From NCBI RefSeq assembly GCF_004010195.1, contig NC_057728.1, positions 33,226,585 to 33,290,584 of the forward strand: a DNA stretch of 64,000 bases, read 5' to 3'. The translations under genes were made by a program, and so were the position numbers. Position 1 is the stretch's first letter, and every line of letters begins with the position of its first letter. The notes under the pieces were generated by a model. It had not been told where the DNA came from and did not search any database. It saw nothing but the letters and a program-made list of their open reading frames with translations. Below are positions 51,850 to 64,000 of this stretch, piece by piece. Source of the stretch: Chiloscyllium plagiosum. Taxonomy: Eukaryota.

Positions 51850-53757
51850 ACTGTCACAGTCCTGATCCAAAAATCAATATCGGATGAGCAAAAGATTCCT
51901 TCCATATAAAAAAAGCGAAGTCTAAAGTCTTCAATCGCTACCATAAATGCTACTCGCTAAAGACAAATTTCATTTCGCTCCTGGCCAACTGTCAAGACAG
52001 TTTGCAACCTTCACATCATATTTGATCTTGAGATAAGCATGCAACCACATACCTGTGCATCACCAAGATCACATATTCCTATCTCTGGACATCACTGCCA
52101 TGACCCTGTTTCTGAAACCTAAATTTTATATCTTCGTAACTCCTCATCTTGACTATGCCAATGTAATCCTTGCCAAATCCCTCAGGAAACCTGTCATCCA
52201 GAATTGTGCTGCCTATGTCCAAACTCAAAGCAGTGAACCATTCACCCATCACCTCTCTGCTCGCTGACAAACATGAGCTGATACAGGATTTTCTCGCGTA
52301 AAGTTGGAGTGACTTTCCTGAAAATCACAACTTTTAAGTGTGGCATTGATTCACATAGGAATCAATGTTCAAACTGGAATCCGGTTTCACAGTGTCTTCC
52401 TCAGCAGAAAAATAATTTTTAAAATATCATGCCTGTGCCCTCTAAATTGAAACACAGTACCACCTGCACTTTCAAGGGTTACTTTCCTAAACTGGCAAAT
52501 ATGTCAACATGAAAAGATCTAAAAACAGGAGAAAGAAATGGAACATTCTATTGACAGTAGTCCAATTCCTCCATAAGGGTACTTGATGCTTGGGGTCTGT
52601 GCTGGTAGCTGGGCCTTTCCTCATTGGGCTCCAGGCTTCCTGCTGGGGCCATTGCTTGTTCGCTTCAGAGGTTGGCAGCTCCCTGCGACATACTGCTGTC
52701 TCTATGCTGAAGAAGCCCCATAGTTCCCAGCTGGCACCTCAGTGGACAGGATGGATGAGGCTGCTGCCAATCTCAGTGTGACCAGCGACTTGCTGCCTAC
52801 AAAGAGTGCTGGGAAGGTTGTCCCTGAGCTAAGTTGTAGCCACTGTCCTGCAGACTTCATGAGTGTGGATGAGGGCGTACAGCTATGTCACGTCTGGTAC
52901 CCTATGGAAGAGGCAGCTGGACAGGCTCTAACTTCTGGTAGTGACGACTTCCTCTTAGGTGTTGGCCACAGCATGGCTGGTGGCAAGCAGCAGCTCCAGT
53001 GGCCGATCTGGGCTGGGCAGGGAGGGGAGGGCTCCCAGATACAGACATCAGGCAGTGATGTGGTACAGAGATAAGCCACCCCAATTGACACACATCAGGT
53101 CAATGTACTGCAGGTAACAATGTCAAAACTCATCACATGAGGCATAATAAAACTTCTGGTCCTAATGAAAAAGAGATTAAAGCAAAACAGTGCTGAAAGG
53201 AGCACATGGACTGCCGATGTAGGAATGTCTTGCTTTTTTAAATTTTCATCCTTGCTTCTTAAAATGCCTCTACAGCTCCATCCTTACTCATTTGCAATGC
53301 CCCTTACCCCATTATACCTCTAAGACATCAGTGCTCTCCAATTATGTCCGCTTAATGGTTTTAATCAACTCACCATTGGTAGGCATGCTTCCAGTTGTCC
53401 AGGTCCAAAACTCTGGAATTCTCCCTGTCAAAACATCCTCTTCCTTTCCTCATTTAAGAAGCTACTTAAAATCGGTCTTTGACCAAATGTTTGGTCACCT
53501 TGTGCTTATTATTTTATTGGGTAACACTTCTATGAAGTATCCAGGGAAGTTTCACTACATGAAAAGCAGGATATAAATACAAAGTCAGAAGTCACACAAT
53601 ACTAAGTTATAGTTCAACAGGTTTATTTGAAATCTCAAGCTCTTGGAGCATTCCAAAAGCTTGCAATTTCAAATAAACCTGTTGGACTACAACCTGGTGT
53701 CAAGTGACTTCTGACTTTGTCCAACACTAATACCTCCACATCATATAAGTACAAGTT
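51850..53757 (+). mobile_element. L2 LINE 3' portion split by an insert (about 52270-53230) and a pLTR palindrome in its tail
   Basis: FVTPHLDYANVILA...IQNCAA...PFT at 52130-52260 resumes with FKFSSL...GPKLWNS and an L2-like tail at 53230-53580. Confidence 0.65.
53583..53742. mobile_element. Fold-back Penelope pLTR insertion (third family)
   Basis: Imperfect palindrome 53579-53720 (acaggtttatttgaaat / atttcaaataaacctgt); near-TSD atataaatacaa (53571) / atataagtacaa (53743). Confidence 0.7.
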
Positions 53758-53778
53758 ATAGATGTTATATTTGCTGAC

Positions 53779-53949
53779 CTGTGTCTGTGTAATAATGGAG
53801 GAACCTTGGCTTTCAATGGACAGGAAGTATCGCACTGACTGGAACAATTCATAAATGCTGCTTCGAAATTCTTCCTCATTCTGTCCACCAGTTGCAAGAG
53901 TGTATAGGCTTCGGGAATGAATTATATATTTAAATATATATTCCTGTGC
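53779..53949 (-). CDS. DOCK4: DOCK4 coding exon (171 nt): AQEYIFKYIIHSRSLYTLATGGQNEEEFRSSIYELFQSVRYFLSIESQGSSIITQTQ
   Basis: tag acceptor, gtcagc donor, phase 0/0; overlaps ORF 53635..53847. Confidence 0.95.
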
Positions 53950-54104
53950 CTAGAAATAGAATTAGACAACTGTTAATTATACAATTGTGAAATTACTGTA
54001 TATATTGCATTGGAAAACTATCACTGGAAACAACAGAAAACAAAAGGTTCACACAATACAGTAATAAATAGGCCCATGTCATCGATATTTTTAAAAGATT
54101 TGCA

Positions 54105-54745
54105 GCTCAGGTTGAGGTTCTGGATGTAAGTTTGCTTGCTGAGCTGGAAGGTTCGTTGTCAGTCATTTCGTTACCACAGTAGGGAACATCATCAGAGAGC
54201 CTCCGGTGAAGTGCTGGTGGCATGTCCCACTTTCTATTTATGTGTTTAGGTTTCCTTGAGTGGGTGATGTCATTTTTGGTTCTTTTTCTCAGATGGTAGA
54301 TAGGGTCCAAATCGATGTGTTTATTGATGGTGTTCTGGTTGGAATGTCATGCTTCAAGGAATTCTCATGCGTGTCTCTGCTCGGCTTGTTCTAGGATGGA
54401 TGTGTTATCCCAGTCAAGGTAGTGTCCTTCTTCGTCCGTATGTAAGAATACCAGTGAGAGTGGGTCATGTCTTTTTGTGGCGAGTTGATGTTCATGTATC
54501 CTGGTGGCTAGTTTTCTGCCTAGTTGTCCGATATAGTGCTTATTACAGTCCTTGTAAGGTATTTTGTAAATGACATTCATTTTGAAAAAAATTCTTTTCA
54601 AAAATCGCTAACATCTACAGGCAAAATACGCTAAAACTGGCCCAAAGATGGGAAACCAACACCATCCAACAGACTGTAGTTTAAAGCAGCACTTCACAGG
54701 AGGCTCTCTGATGATTAAACATCTGACAACAAACCTTCCAGCTTA
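54105..54745 (-). mobile_element. Penelope (Poseidon-like) GIY-YIG 3' fragment with pLTR and an inverted partial pLTR
   Basis: NVIYKIPYKDCNKHYIGQLGRKLATRIHEH = GIY-YIG; 54142-54215 is repeated in inverted form at 54687-54743. Confidence 0.85.
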
Positions 54746-55802
54746 TATCCAGGCCCATGTCATTTTAGTACAAATCTAAAAGTCATAACTTGCTGCTTTA
54801 CGGAGAAGCCTTAACGTCCAGTGGCTTACACCTTTTTTTTGAGGCAACTATCATTATACTGTCATTATTCATGGTCTATATCCTGAACAATTACTTGCTG
54901 AATATTTGTTTAATAAAAATTAGTAACTGATGGATGGTCAGTTGAGGTGTACAAAATCTTCATAAATGAAAATGTGGTCCCTGGATTTATTCAGCATCTT
55001 GGAATCATGCAGTGGATCTGTTCAAGCTTAATTTTCTACAGGTTTAATTGAAGTGTGTGAAATCTTACTTGATATATTGGTGTTTAATGACAAGGGGGTC
55101 AGTCGGCTGGACGGTAAATCACAATAATGTCAATTCAGTGAGTGTTCAATTCACACACCAGCTGAGGTTACCATAAAGGACTTTCTCAACCTCTCCCCTT
55201 GCCTGTGGCACAGCATTTCTCAGCTCAAACCACTACCACTCATCTTTCTCTCTCTTGAGAGAGCATCTCTATGGTCTGGTCTGATAAGACCATGGCAATA
55301 ACCAACCCAAAATAAAACAGCATTTATGCTTTTCTGTATTTATGGCTGTGCAGGAGGATGAGGACTGCTCGCTCCCCTGCAGGGAATGCCAGTCAGATGC
55401 TACCTGCTACTGAGAATGCCTGCTCCACAAGTAGGACACGCTGAGGGTGGGATAATTGCTGGAGAGTAGAACCTCCATTCGAGAGTAGGAGGAAGTGCCA
55501 CTCTCAGAAGCTGCCAACCAATCTGACTGACCAGCAGTTCCATCATTCCTGATAGAGCCAGAGCTCAATGTTCAGTGTTGTCAGGAATGCAGGAGGGAGG
55601 TCAAACAGGATCATGTCCACTTCAAGAAACTAAGTCCTGGAATTTCAGGATGAGGAGGAACCCCAGAGCCTAGGGAGGAGTGTGGAATAGCAGTGGACAG
55701 GTTCTGTCAGGCAGTTAGTGCAGAAGGAAGTGGACAACTTGTGGAGAGCAAAATGTGTCCCACCTAATCCCACCTTTTCTCCTGCAGGCCAATAAAACAG
55801 TC

Positions 55803-55887
55803 AGAGTGTGGTGCTGGAAAAACACAGCCAGTCAGGCAGCATCCGAGGAGCAGGAGAATTGGTTTCAAGCATAAGCTCTTCATCAGC
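55803..55887 (-). mobile_element. Penelope pLTR fragment, same family as 10776 and 46193
   Basis: gtgtggtgctggaaaaacacagc..tcaggcagcatccgaggagcaggagaat; minus strand CTGATGA-agagcttatgctt-GAAA. Confidence 0.7.
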
Positions 55888-58295
55888 CTGCCCATTCTTG
55901 TTTGACCGACCACATGAAGTGTATTTTGGCACGGGCAGTATATTATTCCAGTTAGTGTGCCTGTTAGTAAATCGAAACGTCCGTGAATGGTTTATTTAAA
56001 TAGAGAAGGCTACTTGCCAATTTCAATGCGTGCTAGCCTAGTTTATTATGCGGGTGGGCAGGAGGGGAATGGGCTAGCCAACTAACTTTTTTTTAATACT
56101 CACCTTCCTTGTCAAAAAGTGTCAGACAGAAGTATATAAAATTCAGTTCCATAGGTCTATATCTTTACTAAAAAGACATTTGAACTTTCAGATGCACTCA
56201 CTATAAGGGGACACTAATTTTCATATTTTAATGTGAACATTGCCATTAAAACATTCCCTGTCCTACTTTTAAATACTGAAGGAATGCAATATTCCTGTGT
56301 TGCAATGCAATTACTCCACTGCATTCACAGATGGAATGCAGTACAGAAATAAGAACATGGTTCCCACACTTAACTGAAGACAACTGCAAACAAGAGTCTG
56401 GCATCAATTGGTTTGCTCGTGATTACAATCACTAAATAGTGTTGTTAGTTTGACATAAAGTAACAATAATAAGTACACTAGACATGCTTAGGATGTCAGA
56501 TATTTCTTTTTTGGATAGCATTCTCTAAGTGATATTTGAACAGTATTCCACATTCTAAAGCTCCCTATCTCACAGTCAGGGATACAGCTTTACACTCGAT
56601 TAGCAAATCTTCCAGAAGCTTCAAGTCCCCATATTCAAGAGCTTCATCAACAAATTGCGAAATTAGTTAACTTTCTCATACCTTTCCATGGGCAATGTGC
56701 ATGATAATATATAAATACTTAAAAAACTGGCATTTATTACAATATGAAATAGAATTTCAGATTGAATTTAATACTTTGTTTACACTCCAATTTTCTATAT
56801 TTTTCCATAATTATAGACATGAATATCATAGGGGAAGACGTGAACAAGTTGAGCAATTAGCCCCATTAAAAATTATTAAATAAGCTCCAGTGATACTACA
56901 CTATTGAACCTCTCAAAAAGTATTACTTTCCATTGAAATTGAACCACTAATAAAAGTAATAACACTAGCCTCCCTCGATGTAAAACAAGGATAACCACAT
57001 ACTCTGATTTCTTGCCTTCCTTCCCATGTTACAAAAATAGCATTGACAAATTAAGTAATTGATAATCAAAATAATTTTTCCATGTGTTTAAAAAAGAATC
57101 AACATTAACAAAATTGGATTAAAAAATACACAAGCTTTTTCTTCAACACAAATTGTAATAGAACAGATTTTGTGGTCAGTGGCAATGATCTTTGTTTGCC
57201 TTTCATCACATTTCAACTGTCAGGATTGTGTGGCACCTTCCACAGGGCACCTGGAATATGTGTACACAGGGCAAGCATCAGCAGGAGTGAAATTAGCCTA
57301 CACCTGTAATGTGAAACAGGCTTGTAGCCAGTTAGTGGTTGATTTTTCACCATACAAATTCTTCTTTTCCAATGGTTTGTCAAGTATTGCTAAGATTTTT
57401 AATTTTAATGCAGGTAAGAGTGATAGAGTGCCTGGGAAACAAAGTGTGTTTGAATTATCATTCTGTGAAGTCAACAGACTCAAAATTGGGCAGAGTGAAA
57501 AATCAGCTGCTGATTTGATATGAGCCTCTTTCATGCTCCTTGTCAGGATGAATTTAACCCTCAAAATTTCCCTTCAACCACATTAAAGCATCCATACTTA
57601 GACAGGCAATGGTTTAAAATCAGAATGTGTAAATCAGAGTATGTAATTCAGTGTAAAACCATGCAGAGAAAATGAGACAGAAGAAAACTAGAATTAAAAA
57701 AAGAGACAATAGAGAAAGAGCGCGAGAGCGAGCAAGAGAGCAAGCGATAGCTATATTCAATTCCATATATTTTTATACCTCTAATGCTGATTCCAATCTG
57801 AGATTCCACATTGTATAAGTTAAATTTTCTGTGCCAGAGAAGCTGCTCAGAAGTAATTATAATGGGTATAATGTTAAAAATTCATTTGCACTTGAATGGA
57901 CAATTGTGTATTTCATGGATGTCTACTGGGCAAGTGACATTCATATTCTTATATATTATTGGCATGAAGCATATCCAGTAACAGGCAAACCAAGCAGGAA
58001 CATTATGATGTTTGAGTTTAACTTGCAGACCATAAGTTGATTGATATGTACTCTTCAATTATCGTGAGGATTGATGGCACCTTTATTCTTAACACAAAAT
58101 CTAGATCTTTGCTTTATGAGCTTTGCATCTTATTACTAAGCCACAAGACTTGTTATTTCACCAATACATACTGCAAATACTTGCAATATTTATGAAGTGC
58201 ATTACATCCCTAGAGTGATTGCTGTAGTGAATTAAAAAGATTGAAATCCTTACGTATCTTTAATATGAACATTTATTGGTGCATGCAACACTTAC

Positions 58296-58377
58296 CCTCA
58301 ACACATCCTGAATATGTTCTTGTCTCTCTGCTTCTATTGATCGATCAATGTATCTTTTCAGCACTTTGATAAGATCC
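58296..58377 (-). CDS. DOCK4: DOCK4 coding exon (82 nt): (R)DLIKVLKRYIDRSIEAERQEHIQDVLR
   Basis: cag acceptor, gtaagt donor, phase 2/0. Confidence 0.95.
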
Positions 58378-58892
58378 CTGTGACATTTAAAGATTGTGGT
58401 GTTATATGAATGTTGATTTAAATTTACCTTTTTCCTCCTTAGTTGTTTTTACTGTTAGATAGGGTAAACCACATCTCTATCACCAACACTGAAAAAAAAT
58501 ACTATGCTGTTCACAAAAGCAGCTCCAATTTTCATGGCCTTTATTTAGAAAAAATGTGGTCTCATTTTGGTGTCAACAAGATCTAGCAATCGCTTAAGTG
58601 AATTTGCATTCACTCAATGTACAGAGTTTTGACCTCTGGCAATCCAGATACATAAGTTCTATGTTGATACTGACACAGCATTTTCACTGGGGAGAAAGTT
58701 AAACTGCTCTCATATGAATTTCTTTAGACACCATTCGATGTCTGCAATTATGTGGCATGTTTTGAGAAAATCAAAATGCTTCTGTTGAAAATCTAACTGA
58801 ACAGTTGGAGCATGTGCAAGACAGAAACCAATAAGTAAATAGATAATAAAAGAATCCAGGAATATGGCTTTGTGCCTGTAAATGCAATAGGT

Positions 58893-59170
58893 TTTTAAAA
58901 ATTCATTCACAGGATGAGGGCATCACTGGTTAGGCCAGCATTTATTCCCCATCCCGAATTGTCCAGAGGGTGGTTAAGATTCAGTCACATTGCTGTGGAC
59001 CTGATCTCACATGTAGGCCAGACCACCTAAAGATGGAAGTTTCCTTTCATAAAAGGTCATTGGTGAACCAGATGGACTTTTCCTGACAATTGACAATGGA
59101 TTCATGGTCATCATTAGACTCTTAATTCCAAATTTCAAATCCACCATCTGCCATGGCAGGATTCAAACCC
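58893..59170 (-). mobile_element. tRNA-derived SINE, same family as 29630-29990, truncated at the B-box
   Basis: Direct similarity; gggtttgaatcctgccatggcagatgg on the minus strand. Confidence 0.8.
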
Positions 59171-60710
59171 TGCTCCAGGTGCCAGAAGACTGGAGGTTGG
59201 CTAATGTGATTCCACTATTTACGGAAGGTGGTAAGGATAAGTCAGGGAACTATAAACGGGTAAGCCTGACTTCGGCAGTGGGCAAGTTGTTGGAGGGGAT
59301 CCTGAGGGATAGGATTTACATTTATTTGGAAGGCAAGGACTGATTAAGAATAGTCAACATGGCATTGTGCATCAGAAATCACGTCTCACTGACTTCATTG
59401 ACTATTTTGACGTTACAAAGAGGATCGATGAGGGCAGAGCGGTGATGTGATCTGCATGTAGTATATATGAATAGGAAGGGTTTGGAGGGATATTTTCCAG
59501 ATGCTGGGCTGGAATATCTGGTCGGCATGGACGAGTTGGACCGAAGTGTCTGCTTCCGTGCTGTACATCTCTATGGCTCTATATGATCTAAAAGATCAGT
59601 AAGGCGTTCGACAAGGTTCCTTATGGTAGACTGATTAACAAGGTTCAATCACATGGAATATAGAGCGAAGTAGCCATTTGGATACAGAACTGGCTCAAAA
59701 GTTAGAAGACAGAAAGTAGTGGTGGAGAGTTGCTTTTCAGACTACAGGCCAGTGGTGTACCACAAGGATCGGTGCTGGGCCCCCTGCTTTTTGTCATTTA
59801 TATAAATGATTTGGATGTGAACACAGAAGGTATATAGTTAGTAAGTTTGCAGATGACATCAAATTGGAGGTATAATAGACAGCAAAGAAGGTTACCCCAG
59901 AGTACAATTTAGATAAATGTGAGGTGCTGCATTTTGGAAAGGCAAATCAGGGTAGGACTTATACACTTAAAGATGAGGTGCTGGGGAGTGTTGCTGAACA
60001 AAGAGACCTTGGAGTGCAGGTTCATAGTTCCTTGAAAGTAGAGTCACAGGTAGATAGGATAGTGAAGGCGGCGTTTGGTATGTTTCCTTTATTGTCAGAG
60101 CACTGAGTATAGGAGTTAGGAGGCCATGTTGTGTCTGTACAGGACATTGGTTAGGCCACTATTGGAATATTGTGTGCAATTCTGGTCTCCTTTCTATAGG
60201 AAGGATGCTGCAAAACTTGAAAGAGTTCACAAAACATTTACAAGGATGTTGCCAGGGTTGGAGGGTTTGCGCTATAGGAAAAGTCTGAGTAGGCTAGGGC
60301 TGTTTTTCCTGGAGTGTTGGAGGCTGAGGGGTGGCCTTTTAGAGGTTTATAAAACCATGAGGGACATGGACAGGGTAAATAGACAAGGTCTTTTCCCTGG
60401 GAAAGGGGAGCTCAGTACTGGAGGCACAAGTTCAGGGTGAGAGGGAAAAGATTTAAAAGAGACCTAAGAGGCAACTTTTTCACACAGAGGGTGGTGCGTG
60501 TATAGAATGAGCTGCCAGAAGAGATGGTGGAGGCTAGTACAATTACAAAATTAAGAAGACATCTGGATGAGCGTATGAATAGGACTGGTTTAGAGGGATA
60601 TAGGCCTAATGCTGGCAAATGGGACTAGATTTATGTAGGATATCTGATCGGCATGGACGAGTTGGACCGAAGGATCTGTTTCCGTGCTGTATATCTCTAT
60701 GATTCTATAA
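59171..60710 (+). mobile_element. CR1 LINE, 5'-truncated, with a nested CR1 3'-end fragment at about 59455-59582
   Basis: VPEDWRLANVIPLFTEG..NYKRVSLTS, SKAFDKVP, VPQGSVLGPLLF, FADD, LVRPLLEYCVQFWSP; tail ctctatgattct. Confidence 0.92.
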
Positions 60711-61639
60711 CAGTCCTGCGATAATCTCACTGCGCCATCAACTCCCTATCATGGATAGTGCAGGTAAAAGCATGAAATCAGCCATTAATCTAGTTGAGTG
60801 GCAAAGCAGCCTTAAGAACCAAAATGGCCGACCCTTGCTCCACTTTCTCATGATCCTATAACTACATTGAGACAGTACTGTGATACAGCGGAGAATGTTT
60901 GCTGATATCCTCAAAATGCTCTCAGCACGCATTTGCAAAGCACAGATGCATATTACCCCTGCCAGTGACATCATTCTAACCCATTTGCTCATGTCTATTG
61001 GACTTATTTGAGTGTTGCCATAATTTTTTTTTTAAACTGGCAGAACGTTTCACAGTGTGAAAGTGCGCAGTGGAAACCTTTTGAGGGTGTCAAGAGTCAA
61101 AGTATATACGCTATGCTAAAACAATGGAGAAGAATCTTCAGATGAATCGAATAAAAGCAAAGGCCTACACACTCTCCATTTACATTGCAGGAAATTCAGT
61201 TCATTAGTGAAGACTGCGTATGTATGACGTTAGAATCACAACAATCAATCAGTTAGTGCAGCAGTGTGCTACAAGCCATAAATTTGATCATAAGGCAAGT
61301 AGACCTGTCTACTCATGTGACAAAGGAGGTTTTAGAGCATCTGGTGTTGACTTTGAAACTTCATTTCAACCTTATACATGCGCAATGATGGCACCACTAC
61401 TCCCAAACAATGTTAAAATGAAAGGCTCACAAGTATTTGCAAGACAGAGTACATGATATTAAAAAAAACTCAGAGAGATACTTTTATGTTGAATTCTTGG
61501 ACTACTCAAAGAGGGAATTCATTTTTAATGCACAAGAGATAAAAAGCTCTAAATGAATACCTGACACTGTTCTCTAAATACAAGAAACCCAAAAAAAAAA
61601 TAACAGTATAAATGAGGAAGCAAATCCACTGGACAGTAC

Positions 61640-61740
61640 CTGTAAGCTAACGCTCCAGCAAAATGGCTTTCTATGTATGTATCCATGACTGGCTTAAAAT
61701 GCTGAAACTTGATGTCCTGCAGCAAATTGATTATATGAAC
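61640..61740 (-). CDS. DOCK4: DOCK4 coding exon (101 nt): VHIINLLQDIKFQHFKPVMDTYIESHFAGALAY(R)
   Basis: cag acceptor, gtactg donor, phase 0/2. Confidence 0.95.
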
Positions 61741-62289
61741 CTGTAACAGACAATTGCATGAGAGGCAAAAATATTCTTACAAAGATACTTTAATGGGTAC
61801 ACCTCAGTCAATTAAATAAAAGTCAAATATTGATGATGCTTGAAATCCAAAACAAAAAAAGTACTGGAGGAACTCAGCAGGGCTATCAAAATCTATGAAG
61901 AGAGAAACAGAGTTGTCAATTCAAGTCCAGTATGGCTCTGTTTTTGGAAATTTGTTTGGAAAAGTTTATTTCTACAACTAAAATGTTAAACTGTTCAGAG
62001 GTCACGAAATAAAGTGGTGCAGGAGAATGGTTGATGAGCAGAAAGAATATAACAGGAGAAAGGCAAGTGCTGAAAAATGCATTTATATATACCATCTACA
62101 ATTTATCTTTTTGTGATGATCTTAAACCATCCAAAAACAGATAAAATAATTGGCATTTTTGTTAAAATCATTTTCAAATTAGATTTCAATTTAAAGCAAA
62201 GCATTTGTTACAAGGATACAGAATGTGGATGATTTGGCTCAAGGGTCCACATCACCTCAGAAATGAAATAAAATCATTAAAATACTCAC

Positions 62290-62373
62290 CAATGAATCAA
62301 AAACCTTCAATCCATATTTTTGTGGATTTTCATCCAAAATTCCAAATAATGCATCCAATGTATCTTGCAGAAA
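62290..62373 (-). CDS. DOCK4: DOCK4 coding exon (84 nt): FLQDTLDALFGILDENPQKYGLKVFDSL
   Basis: tag acceptor, gtgagt donor, phase 0/0; conserved FLQDTLD motif. Confidence 0.95.
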
Positions 62374-62482
62374 CTAGAAAATGAATTTGAGAAAGAATTT
62401 AGAATCACAGGTCTTCCCAATAAATTGTGGGTCATTTTCCATATTCTTCTGGAGAAATACCAAACTACAACATGATTTCTAC

Positions 62483-62580
62483 CTTGACTATTTCTGCACC
62501 GTCTATATCTTTGAATTTTGACAGGATGTCGCATATTCTTTCTGGGTGGGCTCTCCACTTCAAAAAATCCAACAAATCTC
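62483..62580 (-). CDS. DOCK4: DOCK4 coding exon (98 nt): (G)DLLDFLKWRAHPERICDILSKFKDIDGAEIVK
   Basis: tttttaag acceptor and gtagaa donor; peptide follows the DHR-1 C-terminal TKLTQN motif in DOCK-A/B proteins. Confidence 0.92.
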
Positions 62581-64000
62581 CTTAAAAAAATAGAAAATGT
62601 TAGAAGTCTACGTACAAAGAAAGTTGAATAACCAACAAACAAACATGAGAATTATTTTAGTCCTGTATAATTGTAGAAGTTAAAATTAAAATTTGGTTCC
62701 TACTTTCAAATCACAAGTACTTAAGTATGAGTAAATTAAGCATAGCGTTGCTTATATATAGACATGTAATTGTTAAAAACAAGCTTTTATCACAATAAAT
62801 AAAGCAACGTGCTAGAGACACACAATGTTCAGGCACAAACTGTGGAGAAAGAAAGCTGACCTTATGATCCTCTGTCAGAATTAGAAGGCAGACATTGGAT
62901 ACTCACTAGCAGATCTAATTAGTGCTGAAACAACATGATTTTCTTGCATTCAAAATTCAATGAGTGTTGTTAAAAATAAATCAAAATTCAAACGAGGAAT
63001 AAAACCATCAGCTAAATTTATTGTGGACTTTGTGACCCCAATGTCAAGATCAATCGGTCTCACTACCCTGAAGGTGGCATCTGGGATCTTCAACCCTCAG
63101 CCATACACTAGTTTTATATATTGACCCTTATGGGGTATACAAACACAGCCAAATTGAAAAATCTAAAGCAAATCAAAAAAATGCATTTACTCCATTTCCT
63201 AGAGCACAGAAAAGATCAGAATCCAAAATCTCTTCCTTTCTGAGACTCCTGTAGGGCTGCTCAGGCCTCAGAGGTTTCAACTTGGGTCAGCAGTTTCTCA
63301 ATCACACCACAAAATAAAGAATGTCCAACATGAATTTCAGTGCTAGTGTGGTGCTAGCTATGGAGGCATACATTCTAGCAGTGGATCATATGAAATAGCA
63401 TGTTCCTTTGGCTGGTCACAACAGGCAGAGCACTGACTATACTCAATCAATCTCTACTTACAAAACACAGAGCTTACTGTCTAACATTAGATGTAATTCT
63501 GTGATTAAATGGCACCTACTAAACAATTCTGATTGCGTTAAGAATTACACTAACAGCTAATTTGAGATTATTCATCAGGTTCATAGTTTGGCTCACTTAT
63601 GCTTGCTAGAAGGTATAGATATTCCATGCAGGGGCTGGTCCTTTGCAAACAGAAAGTACATATCCACACATTGCTTCATTCTCAAATAAACAGAAGCTTG
63701 GGGGAACTGTCAGTCTCTGGTGCATTCCCTTAGGCCGACTTGTCCAGTTTAAGTTTAAACAACAGTTTGGCAGCTAAATGCCAGTCCCTGGTGCCTTCTC
63801 CATGGCAACACTGCCAACAATCAGAGTCCATTGGCTAACCAATCAGTACCCTCTTCCCGTGCAGTATCAATGGTTGATTTCTTTGAGATGTGATGTTCTT
63901 GCAACTCTGTCCTGATTGTTAGCAATAATAATTTTGTCCTAATAAGCAATTATTGCATTACTGTTTCTTCATCATCACTGTCAATGAACAGCATAGTCTA

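Larger units (their letters stand above)
1168..62580 (-). other. DOCK4: Partial gene model (19 internal coding exons) of dedicator of cytokinesis 4; the gene continues beyond both window edges
   Basis: Spliced translation is continuous and matches recalled vertebrate DOCK4 (e.g. AVFLSSFPAVYSELLKL.DVREVANLV, which differs in DOCK3). All junctions are GT-AG with compatible phases; 1935 nt in total. Confidence 0.95.

Noticed and set aside
1168-62580. Assignment as DOCK3, or presence of U12 introns
   Set aside because: Diagnostic residues fit DOCK4 better. All donors are ordinary U2-type GT with no RTATCCTT signature.
62307-62642. 111-aa ORF as a single exon
   Set aside because: Off-frame overlap of two real exons (62483-62580 and 62290-62373) and their 109-bp intron.
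62600-64000. Preceding DOCK4 exon (expected to end ...TKLTQN)
   Set aside because: Not found by inspection; presumably beyond the window edge.

Overview
Vertebrate genomic DNA, most likely from a shark or other cartilaginous fish (inferred from an HE1-like V-SINE, a SacSINE/Deu-like SINE and abundant CR1 and Penelope remnants). The whole window lies inside one minus-strand gene, DOCK4 (DOCK-B family Rac GEF). I reconstructed 19 consecutive GT-AG coding exons by hand, from 62580 down to 1168. They total 1935 nt, all phases are compatible and there are no stops. They run from just after the DHR-1/C2 domain through the helical middle region to the start of DHR-2. One is a 27-nt frame-preserving microexon (5835-5861, IPLFGPYPS) that the ORF track misses; it has UGC motifs at about -15 and -21, typical of SRRM4/nSR100-regulated neural microexons. 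The introns are filled with decayed TEs: CR1 and L2 LINEs, tRNA-derived SINEs, solo LTRs, Harbinger transposase and Myb/SANT remnants, and Penelope GIY-YIG fragments. There are also several short fold-back Penelope-terminal-repeat insertions with 12-16 bp TSDs and hammerhead-ribozyme-like cores. A 500-N gap sits at 28205-28704. Most ORFs in the track are spurious or TE-derived. I found no prokaryotic-type system. All family assignments come from recalled motifs, not database searches.
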